From the NCBI GenBank assembly GCA_029262755.1, contig JAJCYU010000284.1:1-34268 (forward strand): a stretch of 34,268 nucleotides of DNA, read 5' to 3'. The stretch comes from Anaerolineae bacterium. GTDB lineage: Bacteria > Chloroflexota > Anaerolineae > Epilineales > Epilineaceae. Made by a program: the position numbers and the translations under genes. Numbering within the stretch: position 1 is the stretch's first letter; every line of letters starts with the position of its first letter. Positions 1-9,488 of this stretch are shown here, in pieces. A model generated the notes under the pieces. The model saw only the letters and a list, made by a program, of their open reading frames with translations, had not been told where the DNA came from and made no database searches.

Positions 1-2
1 GC

Positions 3-821
3 CGCATGATCGAGGATCGCTACGGCAACCTCTTCGACATGTACGCCAATATCACTGGCGAGGACCCCTACGCGGCGCCGATGCGAATCTATCCCGCCTC
101 ACATTACACGATGGGCGGCCTGTGGGTCGACTACAACCTTCAGAGCACCGTGGCGGGCTTGTTCGTGATCGGGGAGGCCAACTTCTCCGACCACGGGGCC
201 AACCGCCTCGGCGCGAGCGCGCTCATGCAAGGACTGGCCGACGGCTACTTCGTGCTGCCGTTCACGATCGGCAACTACCTGGCAGGCATGCCGCGAGACC
301 GGCAGGACGGCGAGGCGGCCAAGGCGGCGTTCGACGAAGCGAAGGCGGAGGTCGAGGCCCGCATCACGCGTCTGATGGGCATCGGCGGCACGCGCAGCGC
401 GACGGACTTTCATCGTGAGCTTGGACGAATCATCTGGGAGGGCTGCGGCATGGCCCGCACGGCAGAGACTCTCAAGACCGCGTTGGCGAAGATCCCAGCC
501 TTGCGGGAAGAGTTCTGGAGCGATTTACGTATCCCTGGGGACGCCGCCGATCTCAACCAGAATCTGGAGCTTGCCGGTCGCGTTGCGGACTTCCTTGAGT
601 TGGGCGAGCTCATGTGTATCGACGCCCTCGATCGGGAGGAGTCGTGCGGCGCGCACTACCGGGAGGAGTACCAGACGGCGGAGGGCGAAGCGCTGCGGCG
701 CGACGACGAGTTCGCCTACGTCGCGGCGTGGGAATCCACCGGTGATCCGGCCGCCCCGCGCCTGCACAAGGAGCAGCTCGAGTTCGAGTATGTTCCCCTC
801 TCCACCCGTAGCTACAAGTAG
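3..821 (+). CDS. sdhA: Succinate dehydrogenase/fumarate reductase flavoprotein subunit, 3' part (5'-truncated by window edge)
   Basis: Motifs [38 protein letters not shown] and REESCGAH are typical of the SdhA/FrdA C-terminal half. The frame is open to the window edge and sdhB follows directly. Confidence 0.95.
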   Translation, partial: RMIEDRYGNLFDMYANITGEDPYAAPMRIYPASHYTMGGLWVDYNLQSTVAGLFVIGEANFSDHGANRLGASALMQGLADGYFVLPFTIGNYLAGMPRDRQDGEAAKAAFDEAKAEVEARITRLMGIGGTRSATDFHRELGRIIWEGCGMARTAETLKTALAKIPALREEFWSDLRIPGDAADLNQNLELAGRVADFLELGELMCIDALDREESCGAHYREEYQTAEGEALRRDDEFAYVAAWESTGDPAAPRLHKEQLEFEYVPLSTRSYK

Positions 822-871
822 ATGAATCCCGGCCCGTCGATGCCTTCTGCTTCCCACGGAGCAAGCGCACC

Positions 872-1630
872 ATGAACCTTACGCTGAAAATCTGGCGCCA
901 ATCCGCCGCGGACACCGCCGGTCGGCTCGTGAAGTACGGAATCGAAGGCGTAAGCCCCGACTCTTCCTTCCTCGAGATGCTCGATTTGCTCAACGAGCAG
1001 CTGCTGCAGGAAGGCGACGAGCCCGTTGCCTTCGATCACGATTGTCGCGAGGGGATATGCGGCTCGTGCGGCATGATGATCGATGGCTTCGCGCACGGAC
1101 CACGTCGCGCCATCACCGCGTGTCAGCTGCATATGCGCTCCTTCTCCGACGGCGACACGATCACGATCGAGCCCTGGCGCGCCACTGCATTTCCGATCAT
1201 CAAGGACCTCGTCGTAGACCGGAGTTCCTTCGATCGAATCATCCAGGTCGGTGGCTACGTGTCGGTCGGGACGGGCAGCGCGCAGGATGCCGACAACGTG
1301 CTGATCCCCAAGCCGGCCGCGGACAGAGCGATGGACGCCGCCGCGTGCATCGGGTGCGGCGCGTGCGTGGCCGCCTGCCCGAACGGTTCGGCCATGCTGT
1401 TCACGGCATCGAAGCTCGGCCACCTGGCTGCGCTGCCGCAGGGTCAGGAAGAACGCTACGAACGCGCCGTGCTCATGGTCGGCCAGATGGACGCCGAAGG
1501 CTTCGGCGGCTGCACGAACATCCGAGAGTGCGGCGCCGCTTGCCCGAAGGAGATCTCGGTCGATCTCATCGGCCAGATGAACCGCGACTTGTTAGTCGGC
1601 GCGATCAAAGGCGCGGCCGGCGGTCGTTGA
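872..1630 (+). CDS. sdhB: Succinate dehydrogenase/fumarate reductase iron-sulfur subunit
   Basis: 2Fe-2S motif [10 protein letters not shown]...C, 4Fe-4S motif [11 protein letters not shown], third cluster motif [15 protein letters not shown] upstream of the ATG; follows sdhA. Confidence 0.95.
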   Translation: MNLTLKIWRQSAADTAGRLVKYGIEGVSPDSSFLEMLDLLNEQLLQEGDEPVAFDHDCREGICGSCGMMIDGFAHGPRRAITACQLHMRSFSDGDTITIEPWRATAFPIIKDLVVDRSSFDRIIQVGGYVSVGTGSAQDADNVLIPKPAADRAMDAAACIGCGACVAACPNGSAMLFTASKLGHLAALPQGQEERYERAVLMVGQMDAEGFGGCTNIRECGAACPKEISVDLIGQMNRDLLVGAIKGAAGGR

Positions 1631-1631
1631 A

Positions 1632-1663
1632 CGGCACTCGGTAGCGGCACTCGGTAGCGGCAG
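1632..1663. repeat. Short tandem direct repeat, 13-bp unit cggcactcggtag, about 2.4 copies, filling the gap between convergent genes
   Basis: cggcactcggtag (1632-1644), cggcactcggtag (1645-1657), cggcag (1658-1663), read directly. Confidence 0.85.
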
Positions 1664-3583
1664 CTACGGCGCCAGCGACGGACACGCGGGCCACGCCCCG
1701 CCGCAGGCCGGTAGGCTGCCCGCAATCGGTGATCCGATGCGTGACGCGCTGCGGTCGCCGGGCACATGCTCGCCGAGCGCTCCGCCCGCATGCGCCAGGA
1801 CGACGGCAGCCAAACCGAGGGGCGAAGGTGCTGCATCGGGAGCACCTTCGGCCTTGCCGTGGCGCCAGGCGACCGCGCTGATCACGGCGCTGCCGACAAA
1901 TCCGGGCTCAAGGAACGCGTAGCGATCCAGGTCGAGCGCGCTGGACTGCCGTTCTGGTAGCCGCTGACAGAGTACGTCGATCGGACCGTTCTCGTCGAAG
2001 AGATAGATAGCGAAATCGGTGACGCCCGGCGTCGAAACCACGTTGACCACGACCAGCTCGACCTGCGTGCCGACATCGCCCGGCTTGCGAACGTGCGGCG
2101 CCGCGATGAGCCCGATGCAACCCGGTCCGGGGCAAATCGCTTCGGGCAACATGGCGATGTCCGGATCAAAGGTCGCCCTGCCGTCGAGTAGGTGGTAGCT
2201 ATGCGCCTGGACAGGGTGGCTGCGCGCAATGTCCGCATACCGAACGCTGCGCGCTACGGCGATGATCTCCGCGGCGGGCTGGCTGGGTGCGGCCGGCAAC
2301 CCGACCGGCTCGCTTTCGACCCGCACCGCACCGCGCCAGCCAAGCGGTAGGTCGGCCACCATAGGCAAGAAGAAGGAGCGGCTGCCGCGGGGACAGATCC
2401 AATCGACGAGCGAAGCCCGTGCGCGGCCGCTTGGGTCGAGGAAGGTCAGGCGGACTCTGGCGTTGCGATTGGCCGACCGATTGCGCACCTGGATGCCGGT
2501 CGACCACCCGCCGTCCTCGCTGTGGGCCACGGGTGCGTGAAGAACGGTGGTCCGCTGTGCGATCTCCTCGCCTTCGACGACGTAGCGCAACCCGGAAGCC
2601 TCGGCCCGATAGCTCATGAGCAGGGCGGGACCGATCGTGTCCACGACGACCGCGAGGGGCTGCGTCGAGCGCAGCCAACCCGAGCCGGTCCATCCTCCGC
2701 CGATGCAATCCGAGAGTTCGACGGCCGCGGCCTCCCCAGGAGCAAGGGTATCCACCGTACAGATGCGGGCGCGCCCGCATTGATCTGCGCGGGTCAGCCA
2801 CAAGCTCACCGACGTGCATTCCGCGCCCGCGTTGAGCATATGTACGCGGCTGGTCATGCCATCTGCATCGACCTGTAGTAGGGCCAGATCGTGTGCATGG
2901 CCGCCGAAGACCGCATCGTGCACACCAAGATCGGCCACCGCGATGCCGGAGTACGCCGCCACGACCTCGACCTCCGACGGCGGTGGTGCTGTGCAGCTAC
3001 GCCGAAGCTCAACGGCGATCGGCGCGGATGCCGCCGAAGCGAGATCGACGCCCGACCACCGCCGACCGTCGTCAATCGCCTGCTTGAAGCGCCGGTAGCC
3101 ATGGCAGTTGCCGACTACGGAAAAGAACAGGACCTGGCATACGTAGTCGGCCGTGACCGCGTCTGCCAGGACCGGATCGGGCGCAACATCGAGCGCAAAG
3201 AGCCTGCGGGCACTCAAGCCGAACACGGTGCCGGTTTGAGCCGCTGGGGGAATCTCGTGGACCGGAAAGCGCCAGGTTGCGCCCGGCTTGAGTAGCCCCG
3301 AGCACACGACACGCAACGGTCCCGCACAGTCGGGTGGACAGGCCCCTGGCTCACCCCAAAGCAGGAGCAACGCCTTGCTCGGCTCACACCCCAAGCTTTG
3401 AACCTCAATGTCGGCTATGCAGGGTGCCGTTGGTCCGGGGCCCGCATCATGGATGACCGGCAGATGCACCACGGCGGGTCCGTCGGCCGACTGCGCGGCT
3501 GCAGGCAGGGCGCCCAGAAGGCATGTGGCCACGGCTGCTGTGGCCACCAGACCCAGTCGAACCACCCTCGACCCGAACGGCAT
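1664..3583 (-). CDS. Secreted multi-domain protein with repeated beta-sandwich-like modules, function unknown
   Basis: ATG at 3583 preceded by purine-rich AAGGGGGGAAG; signal peptide (LGLVATAAVATCLLGALPAAAQ); repeated modules TSRVHMLNAG / STGIQVRN / TQVELVVVN paired with GWTGSGWLRS / GWRGAVRVES / GFVGSAVISA; many Cys. Confidence 0.8.
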   Translation of the reverse strand: MPFGSRVVRLGLVATAAVATCLLGALPAAAQSADGPAVVHLPVIHDAGPGPTAPCIADIEVQSLGCEPSKALLLLWGEPGACPPDCAGPLRVVCSGLLKPGATWRFPVHEIPPAAQTGTVFGLSARRLFALDVAPDPVLADAVTADYVCQVLFFSVVGNCHGYRRFKQAIDDGRRWSGVDLASAASAPIAVELRRSCTAPPPSEVEVVAAYSGIAVADLGVHDAVFGGHAHDLALLQVDADGMTSRVHMLNAGAECTSVSLWLTRADQCGRARICTVDTLAPGEAAAVELSDCIGGGWTGSGWLRSTQPLAVVVDTIGPALLMSYRAEASGLRYVVEGEEIAQRTTVLHAPVAHSEDGGWSTGIQVRNRSANRNARVRLTFLDPSGRARASLVDWICPRGSRSFFLPMVADLPLGWRGAVRVESEPVGLPAAPSQPAAEIIAVARSVRYADIARSHPVQAHSYHLLDGRATFDPDIAMLPEAICPGPGCIGLIAAPHVRKPGDVGTQVELVVVNVVSTPGVTDFAIYLFDENGPIDVLCQRLPERQSSALDLDRYAFLEPGFVGSAVISAVAWRHGKAEGAPDAAPSPLGLAAVVLAHAGGALGEHVPGDRSASRIGSPIAGSLPACGGAWPACPSLAP

Positions 3584-3846
3584 CTTCCCCCCTTGACGTC
3601 GCCTACGCGATCCGGTCGCTACCGTAGTGCCCGCTGCTTGGCCCGCTTTCGGCGCACCGATCTTTGCGCGCATTCAGCCGTTCCGTAGCACGGTATCGCG
3701 GCACCAACAACACGGCTTCGCCCTGGACGCAGCACACGGGCGTAGACCCACCAACCGTAGCAAACGCCTGCACAGTCCCGGTTTGTTAACATGAAGATAA
3801 CCGCAGGCGTTCACGATTGCAAGCCGGTCAAAGTGGGATGGCCCCC

Positions 3847-3855
3847 TGCTATACT
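3847..3855 (+). promoter_or_regulatory. Extended -10 promoter element (TG-c-TATACT), probably driving a leaderless transcript from ATG 3862
   Basis: tgctatact at 3847-3855 is followed by 6 nt and an in-frame ATG at 3862. Confidence 0.6.
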
Positions 3856-3861
3856 CGCTCC

Positions 3862-5232
3862 ATGCGCGCATGCACCCGCTCGGCGGGCCCCAACCTTACC
3901 GCGACCTCCATGCGACGAACCGCGATCTTCGTGGCCGTCGTCGTGCTCGTCATGGGTATTCACGATGGCACGCGACCTTTGTTCGCGCAGCCTACGGGCT
4001 TCGCCCCGCAACGCAACGAAACGACGATTCGGTTCGCCGACTCCATGGATTTCGCGCTCGACGCCGAAGCCGAACCCGGGCGACGGTTCGAAGACATCGT
4101 GCTGCGCTTCGAGATTGACGACGAAGACGTACGGAATCGGCGGATTCCGGAGTTTCAGCCCGGATCTCGCGTGCAGGCGCGTCATACCGAGCCTCTGCCT
4201 CGTGGCTCGCTGCACCCGACTGCGGAGATCACTTGGTGGTGGACCCTCGTCGATGATCTCGGCGCGACCATCGAGACCCAGAGGCGCACGGCGCGCTATA
4301 TGGATGAGCAGCTGCCGTGGCAGTCCTTGGACGGTCAGGGCCTGCGTCTGTGGTACCACGACATGGACCTGGATGAGGCCCGCGACGTGTTGGACATGTC
4401 GGAGCGGTCGTTTCGCGCCGTCGATGCGCTTGTTGATCTGCGTGAAGAGCGCACGATCGAGGTCGTCGCCTACCAACGGCAGGCGGACCTGCGGCGAGCG
4501 CTCGCCGACCGCGGCGCCACCTACGAGTCGCGCTTGTCGACGCTCGGTGCCCGTGTTGCGGCAGACACCGTCGTGTTGGATGTCGGCTCGAGTGCGGATG
4601 ACCTGGAGGAGGTCATCCGACATGAGCTGAGCCATATCGTCCTGCACCTGCATTTGGGGCGGGAATGGGTACAGGTGCCTGCGTGGCTGGATGAAGGCTT
4701 GGCCATGTATGCGGAGGGCCCGCTTGGACGCGACGAGCAGGGCTTGCTCGACCGTGCGCTAGCGCGCGACGAGCTACTGTCCGCACGTTCGCTTACCGCA
4801 TTTCCCGGCGACGCCGGCCAGGTCTCGCTGGCCTATGCCGAAAGCCGCGATCTCGTGGCGTTCCTAGTAGAAGAGCATGAGTCCGGCGCGTTCCGGCGCA
4901 TGCTCGACAACCTGGTGGAAGGCGAGACCGGCTTTGACGAAGCGCTCGCTCTTGAGTTTGGCTATGATCCATTGTCCTTGTATCAAGCGTACCGGGCTGC
5001 GCGGGACCTGCCACCGGCCGTCGTGCCGAGCGGCCTCGATGATGGGGACGGTTCGCGAACCGGATCGACAGGTGCTGCGGCTGACCGCACTGCGGCAGGG
5101 GCCGACGACGACGGGACGCCGGCGTGCAACGGCATCGGCGGGCTTCTCGGATTCGTTTTGATGGCGTGGGTCGGCGCTAGTCCGCGTCGCAGGGCATGGT
5201 ACAGGGCACACCAGAGTCCCGATCGGTCGTAG
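3862..5232 (+). CDS. Secreted/membrane-anchored zinc metallopeptidase (peptidase MA-like, gluzincin)
   Basis: HELSH zinc motif followed by VPAWLDEGLAMYAE (third ligand Glu); N-terminal hydrophobic signal (IFVAVVVLVMG); C-terminal Cys, hydrophobic helix and RRR. Start is 3862 or 3910. Confidence 0.85.
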   Translation: MRACTRSAGPNLTATSMRRTAIFVAVVVLVMGIHDGTRPLFAQPTGFAPQRNETTIRFADSMDFALDAEAEPGRRFEDIVLRFEIDDEDVRNRRIPEFQPGSRVQARHTEPLPRGSLHPTAEITWWWTLVDDLGATIETQRRTARYMDEQLPWQSLDGQGLRLWYHDMDLDEARDVLDMSERSFRAVDALVDLREERTIEVVAYQRQADLRRALADRGATYESRLSTLGARVAADTVVLDVGSSADDLEEVIRHELSHIVLHLHLGREWVQVPAWLDEGLAMYAEGPLGRDEQGLLDRALARDELLSARSLTAFPGDAGQVSLAYAESRDLVAFLVEEHESGAFRRMLDNLVEGETGFDEALALEFGYDPLSLYQAYRAARDLPPAVVPSGLDDGDGSRTGSTGAAADRTAAGADDDGTPACNGIGGLLGFVLMAWVGASPRRRAWYRAHQSPDRS

Positions 5233-5333
5233 CCGCAACGAGCCTGTACTCGTCTTGAACCCTGGATTGAGACGGCATGCAGCGGGACGAACGGAGGCTT
5301 CACGAGCCTCGAGCTGAACACGGAGAGCCACCT

Positions 5334-6707
5334 ATGGATGGCAACGGCCAACGCACCGCGCCACGAACGAGCATGAATCGCACGCGGCCACGCCGACGTC
5401 GACAGCGCGGCGCATCGGGTATGCGCTTGTTCTTGTTGACCACGTTGGCTGTCGTGTTGAGCGGACCCACGGTGCGCGCGACATCGCCCGATTCGAATGC
5501 CGCGTCACCCGGGATCACGGCGCTCCCCGAGGCTTCCCTGCAGCGATGGATCGCCGCTCCTGCCGTCGCCGAGGGTGCCATCGGCATGCTCCCCGTAGAC
5601 TCCTCCACCAACCGCGTGTTGGCGCGGGGTGCGGATGCGCCCTTCTGGACCGCGCTGCCGCAGGCCGGCCGCCAGCTCATCGACGACTTTGATGCCGCCG
5701 ATTGGCCCGATCGTGCCCGTTGGCCGCTGGTGGCCGATCTCAACGCGCCGTTTGTGGCACGCGCAGGCTATCCCTGGGCCGCGAGCGGATGTGAGAGCCC
5801 GCCCGGTACGCGGAGCCTGCGCGCGGTGGGCGGCGGCGACGGCGCGACGTTGGATTGTGACGCGGCTTATCCCGCCGCGGTGGCCAGCTCCGCGCTACTC
5901 TCGCTTGACCTGAGCCGTATGACCGGCGCTCACGGCTTGTCGCTGCGCTTCGATCTGTGGGTGGAGGCGGATCCCGAGGAAGGCTTGCTGGTGAACCTCC
6001 TACGCTTCACCGACGGCGGTGAGGTTGCCGAACGGAGGATCGTGTACTCGGCCACCGGGCGTCTCGGCGCATGGGCGCGTGACCAAGCGATCGACCTGAC
6101 GATGCTCCAGGATGCGCTCGACGGACGGTGGCAAGGCGACCTGCGCGGCGAACGTGCCTATCTCGAGTTCCTGTTCGTCAGCGCGGACGGAGGTGAAGGA
6201 GGTGCTCGCGGTGTATTGATGGATGATCTGACCATCGAAGCCGTCTACCGCGCCCCCACCGCTACACCTTCGCCGGCCGCCACCGCGCAGCCGACGCAAC
6301 TTCCGGGCCCCAGCCCCACCCCGCCTCCGCCCGGCGCCACCGCGACACCGGAGATCGTCGATCGCACCACCTTGTGCACCTCGATCCGCGATTGCACGAC
6401 CCTTTCGGTCCGGGCGTGGATCGACCGGGGGTGTGACGGCCGCTTCCAGACCGGCCTGGATGCCCCCCTACGCACGGAGTCGCGAGTGGACGGCTCGGCA
6501 GGCGGGGAAGCGCTGGGAACAGCGCTTGGACGAACCGGCCGGACGACGTTCTCCTATCCAGGCGGGCGCGATGCGGAGTTCCGTCTTGCCCTGCCCGATG
6601 GCTACGCGATGTGCGACGGTTCCGCGAATCCCGCCGTAATCAACGCGGACGATGTGAACCGCTACGGGCGGGCAACGGTCAACTTCCGGCTGCAACGCAC
6701 GCCGTAG
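5334..6707 (+). CDS. Secreted protein with jelly-roll (MAM/immune-inhibitor-A-like) domain, Pro/Thr linker and C-terminal SdrD-B/prealbumin-like domain
   Basis: GGAG RBS before ATG 5334 (alternative start 5421); signal peptide LFLLTTLAVVLSGPTVRA; IDDFD..WP to GVLMDDLTIE domain; PTATPSP linker; WIDRGCDGRFQTGLD resembles a DxDxDG-type module. Confidence 0.75.
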   Translation: MDGNGQRTAPRTSMNRTRPRRRRQRGASGMRLFLLTTLAVVLSGPTVRATSPDSNAASPGITALPEASLQRWIAAPAVAEGAIGMLPVDSSTNRVLARGADAPFWTALPQAGRQLIDDFDAADWPDRARWPLVADLNAPFVARAGYPWAASGCESPPGTRSLRAVGGGDGATLDCDAAYPAAVASSALLSLDLSRMTGAHGLSLRFDLWVEADPEEGLLVNLLRFTDGGEVAERRIVYSATGRLGAWARDQAIDLTMLQDALDGRWQGDLRGERAYLEFLFVSADGGEGGARGVLMDDLTIEAVYRAPTATPSPAATAQPTQLPGPSPTPPPPGATATPEIVDRTTLCTSIRDCTTLSVRAWIDRGCDGRFQTGLDAPLRTESRVDGSAGGEALGTALGRTGRTTFSYPGGRDAEFRLALPDGYAMCDGSANPAVINADDVNRYGRATVNFRLQRTP

Positions 6708-6791
6708 CGGACCGAGTCCGTCTCCGCCATCGTCTACGTCGTCTGCCGTGTCGGTGCTTGAAGCGAGTTCCGCCAGCGGTCACGGTCACGG

Positions 6792-7757
6792 TCACCGCGG
6801 GCTGAGCAGCTTCACGTAGCTCGCGTACCGTTCCGCAGCGATCGCGCCGTCGGTCACCGCCTCCCGGACCGCGCAACCGGGCTCATGTACGTGGGAGCAA
6901 TCCGCGAAGCGGCAGCGGTTCAGATAGCCGCGGAACTCGACGAAACCCCATTCGAGTGAAGCAGGATCGACGTCCCAAAGACCGATTTCCCGCAGGCCGG
7001 GTGTGTCGGCCACCCGCCCTCCGGCAACGCCGGGCAGCGAGTGAAGCTCCCCGACGCGTGTGGTGTGCCTGCCTTTGTCCACCGCATCGCTCACCCGTCC
7101 GACGGTAATCGCGAGCCCGGGCGCAACGGCGTTGAGCAGGCTGGACTTGCCAACGCCGCTCGGACCTACGATGGCGCTGATCCGGCCCGCCAATGTGGCA
7201 CGCAGCGCCTCGATGCCGGCGGGCTCGATGGTCGAAGTGCGCAGCACGGTGTAGCCGATGCGCTCGTACTCCGCGATCCGCTCCGCCAATTCCGGATCGA
7301 TGCCCAACTCGATCTTGTTGAACACGATCACGCTCTCGATCTCGTCGATCTCGGCGAGCGCGAGGAAGCGGTCGAGCATGCCGAGGCTCGGCTCGGGGCG
7401 ACGGACCGAGAATGTGGGCAGCAGCAGGCCGACGTTGGCAACCACGACGTCCTGCGCCCAAGCCCCTTTGGCGCCGGGCGCTCGACGAATGAGGGCTCGC
7501 TCACGCGGCAGGCGTTCGACGATTACCGCGTCGACATCCCCCTCTTGCTCGATCGGCGTAAAGCGCACCCGATCGCCAAGCGCGATCAAGCCCCCGCGTT
7601 GCTTGCGCTCGCGCTTGAGACGACCGCGCAAGACGGCGGTCCATGCGCCCTGTCGCTGCGTCTCGACCCGATAGAATCCACTTTGGGAGCGCACCACGAG
7701 GCCCTCGAGCACCGTTGTACTCGCCCGGGCGCCGGCACCGATGTCGTCTGCGCTCAT
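6792..7757 (-). CDS. rsgA: Ribosome small subunit-dependent GTPase A
   Basis: OB-fold N-terminus (LRGRLK...GDRVRF), circularly permuted GTPase (NKIE, GPSGVGKSS, GRHTT, DTPG) and zinc finger CRFADCSHVHEPGC. Confidence 0.95.
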   Translation of the reverse strand: MSADDIGAGARASTTVLEGLVVRSQSGFYRVETQRQGAWTAVLRGRLKRERKQRGGLIALGDRVRFTPIEQEGDVDAVIVERLPRERALIRRAPGAKGAWAQDVVVANVGLLLPTFSVRRPEPSLGMLDRFLALAEIDEIESVIVFNKIELGIDPELAERIAEYERIGYTVLRTSTIEPAGIEALRATLAGRISAIVGPSGVGKSSLLNAVAPGLAITVGRVSDAVDKGRHTTRVGELHSLPGVAGGRVADTPGLREIGLWDVDPASLEWGFVEFRGYLNRCRFADCSHVHEPGCAVREAVTDGAIAAERYASYVKLLSPR

Positions 7758-9397
7758 AGGCGGGCACGCCCGACAGCGCGCCGTAGGTCGGTCATGAGCA
7801 GTACAGCCAGACCTGTTGCGAGCAAACCAAGCGCGATCGGTGCGGCCGGAAGATTCTGGGGCGCCCCACCGGCGTCGACGCGGAACACGTCGACGCTGAG
7901 CTCACCGCCTGCTCGCCACGGCCCGATGCGCAGCTCGTGATCGGCCAGGTCGAGTCCGTCCGCAAGTACGACCTCCTCCCAGCCCTGACCCTCCTTCAAC
8001 GAAATGCTGGCCAGCTCCCTGCCATCGACGTGCACGCGTAGCCCGCCGGCCTGCGGCCCTTGAAGCGCACGAACACTTACGCTACGCCCATGAAAGCGCA
8101 TTGTGAGGGAGGCGTCCGGCGATCGGGCGACCAGCGCGTGCTCGTCGCTCGCTCCGTCGGCACGTTGCCATGCCCAGTCGTCCAACGATTCGGGCTGAAC
8201 GGGCGCGCTTCGTTCTTGCCAGTACCCCGGGGTCGCGACCAAGAGTTCGTCGCTGAAGGCAACCTCGCGTACGGCGTCGTAGACGCGCTTCGCTACGAAA
8301 TCCACGCTGACCATCTGGAAGTAGCTGTCGGCGAACTCGCCGAGGAAGCGTTCGCGCCGAAAATACCAGATGCCGAACACGCCGGCCCACGGCCACTGCG
8401 CTTGTGCGTAGCTCACCCCGTCCACGGTCCACGTGGCCTGAACGCTCTCGTCCACCCGACCCCAAATGTTGTCCTCGACCCACTCCGGCGCCGCGGTCCA
8501 CCCGTACTCGCTAAACCAGATTGCCTTCCGCTCGTCGTCGAACTCCTCCATGATGGTGCGCTGCAACTCCGTGCGCCGAACGTTGAGCACATCGGGCGCC
8601 GGCGCATCGTCCGGTGGACGTTCTTTGCCGAACGCGTTGGCCGCCAGCACATCGAAGTGCTCGCGTGCGCCGGCCTCGTACATGCCCCGAAGGTAATCCA
8701 AGTCGTTGAGGTTGCCCGCGAGGCTGACGTCCTCGTTGTTGATCGCCAGCGGTGCGGCCAGGATCACGACGTCCGGATCGGCGGCCCGCGCGGTGGCGGC
8801 GGATCGAGCGAGCAGATCGACATAGGCGGCCGGATCCGCAGGCAACCAACCCCATTCGCTGCTCAGATTCGGTTCGTTCCACACTTGAAAGAAGCGCACC
8901 CGACCCTGAAAGTGCGCCACGGCTTCGCCCAGAAAGCGCGCGTAGTCATCGGGGTCCTTGGGAAGTCCATTGGCACCGGCGTCGAACTCACCCGTGGCCC
9001 ATTGGGGTGGCCAATCGACCCGGAAGATCACTTCGATTCCAGCCTCGCGGTACAGGCTGACGATCGCGTCATACTTGGCCCAATCGAACACGCCCTGCTC
9101 GCGCTCCACCTCGCTCCAAAGCAGATGCTGCTTCGCGAAGCGCAGGCCGGCATCGCGTGCCATGTCCACCGTCAACTCGCGCTTCCACGCCTCGACCTCG
9201 CGCTCGAGGAAGAAGTTGGCGCCCCAAGGATGAACATCCGCAAGGGGAATCGGGTTGAGCCGCCGCGACTGGGGTGGCGAAAGGCCCAGCGCGGAGTCGG
9301 GGCTACGGCCCAGGAACCACCAGCCAAGCGCGCCGAGGCAAAGCACAAGCGCGATGCTCGTCAGCCGCATGCGACGCAGCAAGGGAGGCGGGATCAT
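7754..9397 (-). CDS. Membrane-anchored clan GH-A glycoside hydrolase (GH5/GH39-like) with C-terminal beta-sandwich domain
   Basis: FQVWNEPN (acid/base Glu) and IWFSEYGW (nucleophile Glu); WSEVE..GVFDWAKYD; hydrophobic helices at both termini. Start 9397 or 9370; the longer ORF-track start overlaps the upstream gene. Stop overlaps the rsgA start. Confidence 0.85.
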   Translation of the reverse strand: MIPPPLLRRMRLTSIALVLCLGALGWWFLGRSPDSALGLSPPQSRRLNPIPLADVHPWGANFFLEREVEAWKRELTVDMARDAGLRFAKQHLLWSEVEREQGVFDWAKYDAIVSLYREAGIEVIFRVDWPPQWATGEFDAGANGLPKDPDDYARFLGEAVAHFQGRVRFFQVWNEPNLSSEWGWLPADPAAYVDLLARSAATARAADPDVVILAAPLAINNEDVSLAGNLNDLDYLRGMYEAGAREHFDVLAANAFGKERPPDDAPAPDVLNVRRTELQRTIMEEFDDERKAIWFSEYGWTAAPEWVEDNIWGRVDESVQATWTVDGVSYAQAQWPWAGVFGIWYFRRERFLGEFADSYFQMVSVDFVAKRVYDAVREVAFSDELLVATPGYWQERSAPVQPESLDDWAWQRADGASDEHALVARSPDASLTMRFHGRSVSVRALQGPQAGGLRVHVDGRELASISLKEGQGWEEVVLADGLDLADHELRIGPWRAGGELSVDVFRVDAGGAPQNLPAAPIALGLLATGLAVLLMTDLRRAVGRARL

Positions 9398-9488
9398 GCG
9401 CGGCGTCGTGGCGCCACGACGCCCGGTCGCGAGGGACCGGGCGTGCGGCGGTTCAGCCCGCGTGTCAGCCGTCGGACGGCGACGAGGC

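Noticed and set aside
1632..1663. 13-bp tandem repeat as an insertion scar or target-site duplication
   Set aside because: No element remnant or terminal inverted repeats; simple slippage explains it.
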